From: an uncultured Gammaproteobacteria bacterium
GTDB taxonomy: Bacteria > Patescibacteriota > Microgenomatia > UBA10105 > UBA927
Direction of reading: 5' to 3'
DNA length: 64,000 bases
Assembly (NCBI GenBank): GCA_964349125.1
Contig: CAYGFH010000002.1
Span: 110,484-174,483 of the forward strand
Shown: positions 19,329-29,674 of the stretch, in pieces
Layout of the letters: each line of letters starts with the position of its first letter
Position numbering within the stretch: the first letter of the stretch is position 1
Program-made: the position numbers and the translations under genes
The notes under the pieces: generated by a model
The model's input: the letters and a program-made list of their open reading frames with translations, nothing else
Databases searched by the model: none
Told to the model about the DNA's origin: nothing

Positions 19329-20609
19329 CTCAATTGTCCGAACCACATACTTGAGCATTTGTTTGGTCAGTCCAGGGTGCACGCCAATCCAAAACGCATC
19401 ATTCATGAGTTTGTCTGAGCTTTTTAAATCCCCTACTTTGCGTATACGCGGATGATTCACGTACGCAGGGTGGCGGGTCAAATTTCCTCCAAAAATCGCA
19501 CGGGTCGCGATTTTTTTCTCATCCAGATAATTGACGAGATCGACTTTGGTAAACGGTGCCCCATCTCGTACAACCAGAGGGAACCCGAACCAGCTGGGAT
19601 TAGCGCCGGGCAATGCCTCCGGCAATATAAAGTATTGTTCTAATGTTTTAAAATATTGAAACAAATAGGCAAAATTATCTCGTCTGGCTTTGATAAACTT
19701 CGGTAGTTTTTTCATTTGCGCAAGCCCTATGGAAGCCTGGATATCTGTAAGCTTCAGGTTATAGCCGATTTGCGAATAGGTGTATTTGTGATCATACCCG
19801 TACGGCAACTCTCCCAATTTCCATTTGAATCGCATCCCGCAGGTGTTGTCTTTTCCCGTGTCGCACCAGCAGTCACGACCCCAATCCCGAAACTGTCGTA
19901 TTGCTTTATTTAGCCGTGAGTCGCTCGTCACTATAGCTCCTCCCTCACCCATCGTAATCTGATGAGCAGGATAGAAACTGAATGTTGCGATGTGTCCGAA
20001 TGTTCCTGCTAATCGGCCGTTATACTCCCCTCCCAATGCATCGCAGCAATCTTCAATAAACCACAGGTTATATTTGGCAACCAATGCCATGATTTCATCC
20101 ATAGGCATGAGGTTCCCCAGCGTATGGGCCATCATAATTACTTTTGTTTTGGGTGTTATCGCCTGCTCCAGATCCGCAGGATTCACATTTTTTGTGACGA
20201 TGTCATTATCCAAAAGCACCAGAGTGCAGTTGTTCTGGATCGTCGGGTTGATTGTTGTCGGGAAACCGGTTCCCACACTGATGACTTCATCTCCCGGCTG
20301 TAGAGCCCTATCACGAAAAACTTTGGATGTGAGAGCAGTGAGTGCCACTAAATTTGCGCTAGAGCCGGAATTTACCAGAGACACAAATTTCACACCAAGA
20401 AATTTTGAAAATTCTTTTTCAAATTCCAAAGCAAACCGCCCTTCAGTCCACCACCCATCTAAAACCGCCTCAATGCCGTATAAAAGCTCGCTCTCATCAA
20501 ACACTTTACCTGATACTGGCACGCTAGCTTCCCCTGCCACAAATTTCTTTTTGGCAAAGTTTTTTTTGTAGTGGGCAAGAATCTGTTTTTGCAGCGTTTT
20601 TGAAATCAT
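19299..20609 (-). CDS. ddhC: CDP-6-deoxy-D-glycero-L-threo-4-hexulose 3-dehydratase (E1; DegT-fold PMP/[2Fe-2S] enzyme)
   Basis: DegT/DnrJ fold, but the active-site Lys is replaced by His (FSFYPAHQITMGEGG versus FSFYPGKNLG in the 38202 paralog). It has a C-x-C-x7-C cluster (RDCWCDTGKDNTC). The 436-aa length matches RfbH/AscC. Confidence 0.75.
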   Translation of the reverse strand: MISKTLQKQILAHYKKNFAKKKFVAGEASVPVSGKVFDESELLYGIEAVLDGWWTEGRFALEFEKEFSKFLGVKFVSLVNSGSSANLVALTALTSKVFRDRALQPGDEVISVGTGFPTTINPTIQNNCTLVLLDNDIVTKNVNPADLEQAITPKTKVIMMAHTLGNLMPMDEIMALVAKYNLWFIEDCCDALGGEYNGRLAGTFGHIATFSFYPAHQITMGEGGAIVTSDSRLNKAIRQFRDWGRDCWCDTGKDNTCGMRFKWKLGELPYGYDHKYTYSQIGYNLKLTDIQASIGLAQMKKLPKFIKARRDNFAYLFQYFKTLEQYFILPEALPGANPSWFGFPLVVRDGAPFTKVDLVNYLDEKKIATRAIFGGNLTRHPAYVNHPRIRKVGDLKSSDKLMNDAFWIGVHPGLTKQMLKYVVRTIESFVSEHLHH

Positions 20610-20677
20610 ACCAGCATTATAAACACTTCTAATCTATCAATCTATACTTGAGCAAATACATACTATAAGATATAATC

Positions 20678-21823
20678 TTGTGCATGTCTATTTCCGAGCA
20701 TGCGGAAACACGCAGAGAACCTGCACAAGCAAAACAAATTCCAATACACATCGGTTTTTTTGAACACGATACTGGTTCTCGTGCCGATAATAGTGTGGTA
20801 TTTTCAAAATTAGAATTGGCAGCGACAGAAGTAATGCGAAATAATAATGGCACTGTTGCACTTTTATTGGAGTCTCCCGAGTTTACTGAAGAACTTGCAC
20901 ATTCCTTACATAACATACATTCTGCCGGTTTCAGCTATAAAGAATCGTTCATTCTTCAGTCGTATTCTCATTCTCTACTACGTGAACATGCCTATAAGCC
21001 AAATACCACTGATAGAATACGATGGACATATATTAACCCTCAGAAAAACCCGATAAAAAAACTGATACTGCAATACTATCTTCCCACAGCTGCGGAACAT
21101 TTTATTAGAATATCTGATCACTTAACTACAGATTGGAATCAATTACTGATATTTCTGGATAAGCTTGAATCTAAGTTCGGAAGCAGATTTACAGTGATAT
21201 TTGAATCATATTCTGAATCTAAGCTATCTAATCTGAAACGATACATGTCAGAAATGGATACATGCATGTCGAGTGGAGATATAAAAGGCGCTGCAGACGC
21301 ACTTTTCAATCAAATGTGGAGTATTCATCAGGAAACGGTAACAAGAGACCCTAAAGCGGAAAGTCAAATTGAAGAGCTTGCGCATAAAACAGATGTAGCT
21401 ATAGTTCTTTCGCTGTTCGGAGCTATACATCAAATGATAGCAGAGTCGCTTTTTTCAAAAGGCTTTGCGGTATTTCCACATGTAGTCGAAGATGGAGAGC
21501 AATACGCGAATTTGCTATTCGGAATAGTCAGGCAAATCAGGAGAGGTGAAAATCCGTCATATTTTCTTCTTAAACGGGCTGCGATTTTATCATGGTATTA
21601 CCGACATGTATTTGCTTCCTGGTCACTATTGCCGATTGATATTTCTGATTCTATAAGTCAAAAACATGCAATTGAAAGAACTCAAATACTATCATCTATA
21701 CTCTCTTCACGTGAGGATTTAGAGGAGGTGGAAAAACAGTTAAAAACGGATCCAGAGCATAATACCTTTAGCTTTTTGAATAAACTCACAAGAAGAGAAG
21801 TTGTACTTTTTGCCGAAAAGTAA
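20678..21823 (+). CDS. Hypothetical cytoplasmic protein
   Basis: 381-aa ORF with no TM segment and no recognisable motif. The likely start is the ATG two codons in (MSISEHAE). Confidence 0.35.
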   Translation: MCMSISEHAETRREPAQAKQIPIHIGFFEHDTGSRADNSVVFSKLELAATEVMRNNNGTVALLLESPEFTEELAHSLHNIHSAGFSYKESFILQSYSHSLLREHAYKPNTTDRIRWTYINPQKNPIKKLILQYYLPTAAEHFIRISDHLTTDWNQLLIFLDKLESKFGSRFTVIFESYSESKLSNLKRYMSEMDTCMSSGDIKGAADALFNQMWSIHQETVTRDPKAESQIEELAHKTDVAIVLSLFGAIHQMIAESLFSKGFAVFPHVVEDGEQYANLLFGIVRQIRRGENPSYFLLKRAAILSWYYRHVFASWSLLPIDISDSISQKHAIERTQILSSILSSREDLEEVEKQLKTDPEHNTFSFLNKLTRREVVLFAEK

Positions 21824-22020
21824 TTCGACAATCATCACTTTCAACATGTTCATGTCTCTGTCGAAAAACTCAACGTTTTTAAACACGAAATATAAACGAC
21901 AGATCGCTGACGAAGTAGCAGGAAAATTATAAGAAATATACTCTAGTTTCTACACTGAGTGGTTTATGATCGATATTACCTGTAATGATACGAATAAAAT
22001 TTCATTTCTAAATGCAATCA

Positions 22021-23208
22021 TCAGGTAAGAACCTTTTTCAATACCATGCAGACAAATTCCACATCGCGCTCGGTGATATCAAACGCACTGGGTAAATTAA
22101 ACCCATCATTTGCTACTTTGGTAGCGACAGGATTTGCAAAGCGAGCCGTGTACATCGGGAACAAACTCATGCGTGGAAACGCCTCACGGGCATGAATATT
22201 GTATGTTTTGAGCTTCGCCACCAGTGCGTTTCTCGAGATTTTTTTCGTATTGAGCATCACTGCAGGATATGCGTAATTTGAGCGCATGCCTTCCTGCTCT
22301 CTCAAGAGGGTAATTTCTTCCATATCAGAGAGTCTCTCCCAATACCATTCAAAAATCTTGCGTTTCATGGCAACCAACTCTTCTATTCGTTCCACCTGGG
22401 CAAGAGCCAAAGAAGCGGTCACATTTGCCATCTGGTACTCAAAGCCCATCGTGTCACACCAGAAGTTAGCCTTACTGTCAGTGCGCCCCATATTGCTGAG
22501 GAGATATGCCTGATCAAGCATCTTTTTGTTATTTGTGAGAAACATTCCGCCTTCACCACTTGCCGCGATTTTCGCGCCGTGGAACGATACACATCCCACA
22601 TCCCCAATGCTTCCGACCTTTTTACCCTTATAGATACTCCCCAATGAGGGCGCGGCATCCTCTATCACTTTCAGCTTATATTTTCTGGCGAGCTTCATGA
22701 TCGCATCCATGTTTGCAGGCATGCCAAAGGTGTGAACGAGCATGATCCCTTTTGTCTTTTTCGTGATGGCGTTCTCTATCGCCTTGGGGTCTATACACCA
22801 CGTGTCAGGCTCTATATCAACAAATACTGGAGTGGCTCCTGCCCATGCTATGACGTGTGCGGTCGCAGCCCAACTGAAGTCAGTCACGATGACCTCATCA
22901 CCCTTCCCAAAACCACAGACGAGACATGCCAGATGCATCGCGTGTGTTGCACAAAACTGCGCAAGGGAATATTTTGTTCCAACATATTCTGCCATCTCGT
23001 GTTCCAGTTTTTTTACGTGCTTATCAAATGTTTGGTAAAAACCGTTTTTCACACCGTCAACAACATACGTCAGTTCTTTTTTTGTAATAGATGGACCCGC
23101 GAAACTGATTTTCTTCTTACTCGGTCTTAACAAATCAGATCTTTTTGATTTGTTATAGAGCGAGTTATCCCGTGAAGCGGGGTTACTCTGTTGTTTTTTT
23201 GTTTTCAT
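22021..23208 (-). CDS. DegT/DnrJ/EryC1/StrS-family PLP-dependent sugar aminotransferase
   Basis: FGKGDEVIVTDFSW...; VSFHGAKIAASGEGG carries the Lys; 395 aa with a basic N-terminal extension. Confidence 0.75.
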   Translation of the reverse strand: MKTKKQQSNPASRDNSLYNKSKRSDLLRPSKKKISFAGPSITKKELTYVVDGVKNGFYQTFDKHVKKLEHEMAEYVGTKYSLAQFCATHAMHLACLVCGFGKGDEVIVTDFSWAATAHVIAWAGATPVFVDIEPDTWCIDPKAIENAITKKTKGIMLVHTFGMPANMDAIMKLARKYKLKVIEDAAPSLGSIYKGKKVGSIGDVGCVSFHGAKIAASGEGGMFLTNNKKMLDQAYLLSNMGRTDSKANFWCDTMGFEYQMANVTASLALAQVERIEELVAMKRKIFEWYWERLSDMEEITLLREQEGMRSNYAYPAVMLNTKKISRNALVAKLKTYNIHAREAFPRMSLFPMYTARFANPVATKVANDGFNLPSAFDITERDVEFVCMVLKKVLT

Positions 23209-23209
23209 T

Positions 23210-23854
23210 TTAATTCCCTTCTCCTGTCATATAGACATCAAATCGTTTTATACGTTTGGTATATCCGTCAGGTGCTATAGTCCACTCTCCTCCATCCGGC
23301 GTCTTTGTGTACACCAATGGGATCCGTTTTGTTTCTACAAATCCCAATCGGGTATATAGAGCAAGTGCACGGGTATTATCTGACGTAGTCTGGAGCGTAT
23401 AGGACGTAAGTCCCAGTGTTTCTCTCCCCCAGCGCATCATCAGTTGTATCGCCTCGGCCATCATGCCTTTTCTTCCGACCCGTCCTCTCACTATATTATC
23501 GATTTCGCAACAGTTGTTATCGAAATCGAACCGGTAGAGGCCGACATGTCCTCTATATGTACCATGAATATCTATCATAAACAAGAGTCGGTCAGGTTCA
23601 TTAAGCACCCTGTTTTGCAGCCATGATGCAGTGCGTTTCATAGAGACTGGAAACTGGGCCGGAAACCAGTACTCATGCTTTTTCCTCCATCTGCCCAGAA
23701 GTCTCACAATACCCGTATCGTGTGCGCATTGGGTCGTCAATAAACGCAGTATAAGAGGATTTTTAGACTCACGAGATACCAGATCCATGGAGCCAAACGG
23801 GGCTTGTTTAAGTCGTGCTATCGTGGAAAGAACCTGTGTTTTTTTTGCGTTCAT
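23210..23854 (-). CDS. GNAT-family N-acetyltransferase (WecD-like sugar N-acetyltransferase candidate)
   Basis: RGRVGRKGMMAEAIQLMMRWGRETLGLTSYTLQTTSDNTRALALYTRLGFVE is a GNAT motif A/B. It lies 1 bp from the upstream aminotransferase. Confidence 0.55.
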   Translation of the reverse strand: MNAKKTQVLSTIARLKQAPFGSMDLVSRESKNPLILRLLTTQCAHDTGIVRLLGRWRKKHEYWFPAQFPVSMKRTASWLQNRVLNEPDRLLFMIDIHGTYRGHVGLYRFDFDNNCCEIDNIVRGRVGRKGMMAEAIQLMMRWGRETLGLTSYTLQTTSDNTRALALYTRLGFVETKRIPLVYTKTPDGGEWTIAPDGYTKRIKRFDVYMTGEGN

Positions 23855-23864
23855 TCGTAACAGT

Positions 23865-25643
23865 TCAAATTTCGGTCATTCGAGCAAATTCTTCTCTGGG
23901 CAAAAATGGGAATAAATCTTCATACGGTTTGGAAACCATTCGTCCGTCAGCAGCTTTCTCTGATGATACCCGCGGAATGATAAGTTGCCATTCTGGAGAG
24001 AGCACATCTATGACCATCGGCCCCTCAAATGTCATAATGCTCTTTAGTTTTCTATTCAACTCATTCGGCGTGGATATACGAACTGCCTTGATGCCATACG
24101 CCTCAGCAATTTTTATGGAGTCTGGTATATACAATCCGGTTTTGGGACTTTCTCCAAGTAGTCTTCCTTCCATATGAGTTTTTTGCGTATGGCGGATAAG
24201 TAAATACCCGTTATTGTTAATCACAAATAGTTTTATATTCAGCTTATTTTGTTTGAGTGTTGCCAGCTCCTGCAAATTCATCTGGAGACACCCGTCTCCT
24301 GTAATCACCAACGTCTGACCGTTTGGACGTGCCATAGCCGCACCTATGGATGCGGGCCAATAGCCCATGGTCGATATACCGCCGGTGGTGATAAACCGTT
24401 GCCCTTTCTTAATTTTCCATGTCTGACACACGACATGGAATGGAGAGCTCGTATCCACAACGATGGTGTCATGTTTTGAAGCGGCCTCTGATAACTTGTC
24501 AGTAAACAGATAGGAATTTACTTTTTTTTCTTTCGCGTACTGCGGGAGATTCATCGGATATGCTTTTTTCCACACACCGATCCGTGATACCCAGTGAGAG
24601 TACGAATGAAGTGACACTCCTGCTATCCCGCTTGAGAGTGCTGACAAAAACTGTTTCGCATCCGATTGAATTGTCAGTGACGGCGTAATTCCCGGTTTAT
24701 CCAATTCCTTCTGATCCACGTCCACGATTACCTTGAATGCCCGCCTACCCCAATCAGAAGCATCGTATCCAACTACCCCAGGGTCAAGTCTTGCTCCGAC
24801 TGCGATAATCAGATCAGCCATCTGGACGGCAAAGTTTGCCGGCCTGTCACCGTACAAACCCGGCCTGCCGACAAACTGATTGGTATAGGAGTCGACCAGA
24901 TCAATGCCGAGCCGTGTGGTAGCAACGGGCATGCGCGTTTTTTTTAGAAACTGTTCCATTTCCCGCACTGCGCCTGAGAGGAATATCCCATGACCCGCTA
25001 TAAACAGTGGACGCTTGGCATTACAAAGAAGCGTCACGATACGCTCGATATCACTTGCCTGTGTCATGCACGATTCTCTGCACTCTGACTCAGAAAATTG
25101 CTTCATGCCTTTTTTGGGCATTTGCATTCTCTGGATATCCAGTGGTACATCAATCCAAACAGGACCCGGTCTTCCATGAGTCGCAACATGCCATGCTTTT
25201 TCCAGGTGATACTCTACACTCAGAGGGTCATCGATCGACACATAGTATTTTGTCACACTGCTGGCCAAGGGTTTCATGTGGATGCCCTGAAGTCCGTATT
25301 GCCGTATCCCTGTTTTTTCCATGTACGCGGCATTACCGCTTGATGATTGGCCCGCTATGACGATCATTGGAGCGCTGTCCACATAGGCTCCGACTACACC
25401 GGTAAGTGCATTCACACCCGCTGGGCCTGCTGTCACCATGGCAACACCCAAGTTGCCCGAAATTCTTCCATATCCTTCCGCAGCCATAGCCGCTGCCTGC
25501 TCATGATGATGGAAAATCGGACGTATTTTCTTAGACTGATAGATTGCGTCGTTTAGAAACATCGCCTGCCCGCCGGGAACCATAAACACGGTATCCACCC
25601 GTTTTTTTTCTATGTACGACACGATGTACTCTGCAATATTCAT
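23865..25643 (-). CDS. Thiamine-diphosphate-dependent enzyme, acetolactate-synthase/YerE-like
   Basis: N-terminal Pyr domain (VFMVPGGQAMFLNDAIYQ...). C-terminal ThDP motif GDGCLQMNLQELATL...NNNGY. 592 aa. Confidence 0.75.
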   Translation of the reverse strand: MNIAEYIVSYIEKKRVDTVFMVPGGQAMFLNDAIYQSKKIRPIFHHHEQAAAMAAEGYGRISGNLGVAMVTAGPAGVNALTGVVGAYVDSAPMIVIAGQSSSGNAAYMEKTGIRQYGLQGIHMKPLASSVTKYYVSIDDPLSVEYHLEKAWHVATHGRPGPVWIDVPLDIQRMQMPKKGMKQFSESECRESCMTQASDIERIVTLLCNAKRPLFIAGHGIFLSGAVREMEQFLKKTRMPVATTRLGIDLVDSYTNQFVGRPGLYGDRPANFAVQMADLIIAVGARLDPGVVGYDASDWGRRAFKVIVDVDQKELDKPGITPSLTIQSDAKQFLSALSSGIAGVSLHSYSHWVSRIGVWKKAYPMNLPQYAKEKKVNSYLFTDKLSEAASKHDTIVVDTSSPFHVVCQTWKIKKGQRFITTGGISTMGYWPASIGAAMARPNGQTLVITGDGCLQMNLQELATLKQNKLNIKLFVINNNGYLLIRHTQKTHMEGRLLGESPKTGLYIPDSIKIAEAYGIKAVRISTPNELNRKLKSIMTFEGPMVIDVLSPEWQLIIPRVSSEKAADGRMVSKPYEDLFPFLPREEFARMTEI

Positions 25644-25648
25644 ATGGA

Positions 25649-26692
25649 TTATGTCAGTGACTCCAGATGGAAATCATTTGGCTTATTTCGTTTTTGACTT
25701 CCCAGCATTTTTGCTATCTCGATAATCATATCTTCCTGCCCTGCAACTATCTGTCTGCGGCCTAACTCGGATAGTATATCACGCACATCAACATCGTATG
25801 CTTTCGCGGCTTTCACCACGTGCGGAGCAAAGCCTGAAAATACTCCCGCAAGCCCGCTTGATAACGTCACTGAGTTTATTTCCGGTAGGTGCGGCACCCA
25901 TGTTGACACAATATCTCCCCCATCCATGAGCGGGTACAATTCCACACCCGTGTCCAGTTTCATTCTGGCAAACAGCGCCACAACAACTTCAAGGGGCACA
26001 TTTCCGGCTCCAGCGCCCAGACCGCGTGCTGTGCCATCGATAATCGTGGCGCCGTGTTCTACGGCAACCAACGAGTTTGCCACGGCCAATCCCAGATTAT
26101 TATGTGCATGAAACCCCACGTCTATCGATAAACCGGAGACGAGCTTTTCCACTTTCTCTTTCACATCATCCGTCAGATACGCGCCTGCGCTGTCCATGAG
26201 AATCACGCCTTCCGCCCCATAAGACTCCATCAGTTTTGCCTGTTCCAGAAGTCCGGATGCATCAAGCATATGGGACATCATAAGCACACCATAGGTGGTT
26301 AATTTTTTGTTTTTTGCGTACACGATATGCTGTTTTGTCACGGTCGCCTCGCTGCAGTGACACGCGACTATGAGTGTGCTGATTCCGGATTCGATTGCGG
26401 GCGCGAGATCCGCATGTATGGTGCCAAATCCGGGAATTAAAAATCCGGCAAGTGACGTGTTGTGAAGTACGGATTTCGCCGACGCAAACATATCACTGTC
26501 CGAGAGTAGCGCCCGTCCCAAATGGACAGACGATGCGCCCAACCCGTTTCCGTGCCCTACCACAAGTACCGGTACATGCGCTTCTTCCGCCTTTGTTGAG
26601 TATGACGAAATCATGTCAGCGGAAAGTTGGTGCGCTATGGCATGGGAACCATCCCGAAGCGTGGAATCAATGATGGTAATTTTTCTGTTCAT
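25649..26692 (-). CDS. 4-hydroxy-2-oxovalerate aldolase-like (DRE-TIM metallolyase, DmpG family)
   Basis: IIDSTLRDGSHA, HAHNNLGLAVANSLVAVEHGA and DGTARGLGAGAGN motifs. Confidence 0.7.
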   Translation of the reverse strand: MNRKITIIDSTLRDGSHAIAHQLSADMISSYSTKAEEAHVPVLVVGHGNGLGASSVHLGRALLSDSDMFASAKSVLHNTSLAGFLIPGFGTIHADLAPAIESGISTLIVACHCSEATVTKQHIVYAKNKKLTTYGVLMMSHMLDASGLLEQAKLMESYGAEGVILMDSAGAYLTDDVKEKVEKLVSGLSIDVGFHAHNNLGLAVANSLVAVEHGATIIDGTARGLGAGAGNVPLEVVVALFARMKLDTGVELYPLMDGGDIVSTWVPHLPEINSVTLSSGLAGVFSGFAPHVVKAAKAYDVDVRDILSELGRRQIVAGQEDMIIEIAKMLGSQKRNKPNDFHLESLT

Positions 26693-26705
26693 ATATACTA
26701 TTTTA

Positions 26706-27590
26706 TTATTTTATTTTTTTGGTAGCATACCCTTCAGCAACGGCGATGGCCGCGCAGTTAATGATATCCAGATTACCGGCATAAATAGGCAGAAAATCGC
26801 CCAAGCCTACCACCTGAGACATGATGACAATCCGTCCATGATCATAGAACGGAGCATGAATCAGTGAGTAGCCCGGAGTATATTCACGGACTTTGGAAAC
26901 CACCGCAGATACAGCCTTCTCAATAGCCTTCATGTCGGGAGACTCATACGGTATATAGATTGTATTATGCATCATAATTGGCGGATCTGCGGAATTGAGA
27001 ATAATAATCGTTTTTGCTTTTTTCACACCGGTAAGGGAAACAATGGCATCGCTGGTTGTTTGGGTATACTCATCGATGTTCTCCCTGGTGCCGATACCTG
27101 CTGATCGGGAGGAAATACTCGAAACAATCTCTACGTAGGGTATATTGGGTAATACTGTTGATATGGCATGAAGTATCGGAATATTTGCCTGACCACCGCA
27201 GGAAATCATACTGACATTGGCATTCTTAACGCCCTCCGATTTATTCACTACGGGGACACATAATGCCCCGATTTTAGATGGCGTCATATCGATGACAAAT
27301 TTTTGCAGTTTTTTAAGTATCGGTGCGTGAACAAGGTGGTGTTTGGCGCTGGTTGCATCAAACACAATGTCAATATGTTTCTCCTCACGCACGATTGCAG
27401 CAATGGAATCAGCGGATACGGGAATCCCCATACGTTTTGCCCTCTGAATTCCTTCAGACGCTGGATTTTGTCCTGCAAACAATACACAGGATAAATGGGG
27501 AGATCGCATCACTTTGGAGAGCAAATCACTCCCGATATTTCCGGTGCCAAGGATGGCAACTCTCGCTTTTGTTGATCGTGATTTTTTCAT
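26706..27590 (-). CDS. Acetaldehyde dehydrogenase (acetylating), DmpF-like
   Basis: VAILGTGNIGSDL Rossmann motif. Catalytic-Cys region ISCGGQANIPILHAIS. About 294 aa. Adjacent to the DmpG-like gene. Confidence 0.7.
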   Translation of the reverse strand: MKKSRSTKARVAILGTGNIGSDLLSKVMRSPHLSCVLFAGQNPASEGIQRAKRMGIPVSADSIAAIVREEKHIDIVFDATSAKHHLVHAPILKKLQKFVIDMTPSKIGALCVPVVNKSEGVKNANVSMISCGGQANIPILHAISTVLPNIPYVEIVSSISSRSAGIGTRENIDEYTQTTSDAIVSLTGVKKAKTIIILNSADPPIMMHNTIYIPYESPDMKAIEKAVSAVVSKVREYTPGYSLIHAPFYDHGRIVIMSQVVGLGDFLPIYAGNLDIINCAAIAVAEGYATKKIK

Positions 27591-27625
27591 GATACCGTAC
27601 GGTGTTGACCGGCACTGGATAAGGG

Positions 27626-28570
27626 TCAGTTGGATACATTAACCGTCTTACTCACAATGTATTTTGGTCGCCGTTTTACTTCCAAAAATATCTTCGCCAA
27701 ATATTCTGCAATAACACTTAATGATAATAATTGTACACCACCCAAAAAAAGAATCAGAACCACCACAGTCGGAATTCCTTTTGCTGCACTACCGTATGTA
27801 AGAAATGCGATAATATCGTAAATAAGAAACAAGAATGAAAAAATCGTTACACCAAACGCAATCGTAGATATCCACTCAAGCGGTTTAAAAGAGAAGTTCA
27901 CAAGTATAGTTTTTGCCCACCAGAACCCCGTCAAAATACTTTCCGATGACCTGCCATGTGCCCGTGCATCACGTACATAGTCTATACCAACCTGTTTAAA
28001 TCCGACATACGCCCGAAGACAGCGTAAATAATAATCGTATTCGTCAAGCGCCAACAACTCTCGTATGACCTTACGGTCGACAAGAGAATACTCCCCTGCA
28101 TTCATCGGAATGTGGATGTACGCCAGTTTATTGAGCACATAATAAAATCCTTTGTAGAGTGTATTCCACATCCACCCGTACCCTTTTCGCGATTTCCTCA
28201 CACCATACACGACATCAAATCCTTCTTCCCATTTTTTCACAAATGCCCCGATGAGTTCAGGCGGATCCTGGATATCTCCATGCATAAATACAGCGGCCAT
28301 CCCTTTTGCATATTCCATTCCCGCGATAAATGACGGCTGCGGGGAACCGAAATTCCGGCTCATATAGATGATTTTTACCTGTTTATCTTTTCTTGCAAGT
28401 TTGGTGTACAGCTTGTCTGAGCGATCCAGCGATGCATTATCCACATACAGAATTTCGTAGGTATATCCCGGAAGTTTTTTAAATACAGAAACGATCCGCT
28501 CGTACATTTCGAGGATATTTTCGACCTCATTATAGTTGGTAACGATGATAGAAATTATTTTTTTCTTCAT
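27626..28570 (-). CDS. GT2 polyprenol-phosphate sugar synthase-like glycosyltransferase (DPM1/GtrB/ArnC-like) with C-terminal TM helices
   Basis: IIVTNYNEVENI...YVDNASLDRSD...HGDIQDP; two C-terminal TM helices. Confidence 0.7.
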   Translation of the reverse strand: MKKKIISIIVTNYNEVENILEMYERIVSVFKKLPGYTYEILYVDNASLDRSDKLYTKLARKDKQVKIIYMSRNFGSPQPSFIAGMEYAKGMAAVFMHGDIQDPPELIGAFVKKWEEGFDVVYGVRKSRKGYGWMWNTLYKGFYYVLNKLAYIHIPMNAGEYSLVDRKVIRELLALDEYDYYLRCLRAYVGFKQVGIDYVRDARAHGRSSESILTGFWWAKTILVNFSFKPLEWISTIAFGVTIFSFLFLIYDIIAFLTYGSAAKGIPTVVVLILFLGGVQLLSLSVIAEYLAKIFLEVKRRPKYIVSKTVNVSN

Positions 28571-28576
28571 GCTATT

Positions 28577-28604
28577 CGATTCGCGGTTAACGGTTAACGG
28601 TTAA
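28577..28604. repeat. Heptamer array CGATTCG (CGGTTAA)x3 spanning the epimerase stop codon
   Basis: Read directly. Its reverse complement encodes ...ALTVNR-TAA. Confidence 0.85.
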
Positions 28605-29555
28605 CGCTTTTTTATACCATGCGTATGTTTCAAGTAATCCCATTTCCAGTGAAAATTTCGGCCTCCAGCCGAGTTTTGCTATTTTACTCCAATTGAGGTG
28701 TTGACTTGGGATTTCATTTTTCTGAGTATTTTTGATTGAGTAGGGTATCGTTGCACCCAATATCCGCTGGGCAGATTCAATTAATTTCAGTACAGAAAGA
28801 CTCGTATCAGACGCGATATTAAACGCTTCGCCGCGTGCCGCATCAAAATGCTCAAGCAAATAGAGGTATGCATCCACCACATCCCCGACATACACATAAT
28901 CCCGTACAAACGTCCCGTCGGACCGCAAAGCCAATTCTTCTCCTGTAATTGCCGAGTTCACTATGCTTGGTATGATTCTGGACATATTTAGGTCACCGGG
29001 ACCGTAAATATTACCAAATCGCACGGTTGATACAGGAGCACCATAGGTCCTCACATATGCGTTTGTTATGATATCAGCTGCTGATTTACTTGCTTCATAC
29101 GGGTGGTCACCGGCCAGAGGGTGATCCTCTGAGTAAGTTTTGTCACTTTTGCCATAGGCCTTGTCTGATGATGTCACGATGATCCGCTGCACTGTAGCAC
29201 TCTGCCAGGCGGCATCAAGTACATGTGTTGTCCCGATCACATTGGTGGTTATTGTTTCAACAGGGTTTGCATAGGCCGTATCCACAATCGGCTGCGCCGC
29301 CAGGTGGTAGATAGTTTCAATTTCGTATTTGGATACAATATCAGTAATTCTCCGTCTGTCTGTAATATCTCCCTGCGCAAGCACTGTTTTTTTATCTAAA
29401 CCGCGGGTCATAAAATATGAGGCATGATCAATGCTCCGAAATGGGATAACCACACGTGCACCTCTTTGCACCAGTGCCTCAACGAGATGACTACCGACGA
29501 ACCCGGTTCCGCCGGTAACCAATATGTGTGAATGACTGCCGATTTGATAGCTCAT
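28587..29555 (-). CDS. NAD-dependent sugar-nucleotide 4,6-dehydratase/epimerase (SDR); candidate CDP-glucose 4,6-dehydratase
   Basis: ILVTGGTGFVGSHLVEAL and YEASKSAAD (YxxxK). Its last residues ...ALTVNR* and its stop codon are encoded by the CGGTTAA heptamer array. Confidence 0.65.
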   Translation of the reverse strand: MSYQIGSHSHILVTGGTGFVGSHLVEALVQRGARVVIPFRSIDHASYFMTRGLDKKTVLAQGDITDRRRITDIVSKYEIETIYHLAAQPIVDTAYANPVETITTNVIGTTHVLDAAWQSATVQRIIVTSSDKAYGKSDKTYSEDHPLAGDHPYEASKSAADIITNAYVRTYGAPVSTVRFGNIYGPGDLNMSRIIPSIVNSAITGEELALRSDGTFVRDYVYVGDVVDAYLYLLEHFDAARGEAFNIASDTSLSVLKLIESAQRILGATIPYSIKNTQKNEIPSQHLNWSKIAKLGWRPKFSLEMGLLETYAWYKKALTVNR

Positions 29556-29674
29556 GGTGTGTGAAAACGGGGTGGGAGGATTCCCGCTATACGGTTGCTG
29601 CGGTCTGCATCAACTCAGACTGACTATAGCACAAAAACAGAGAACTACAACAGGGTTCGTGGCGCGGGCACCTG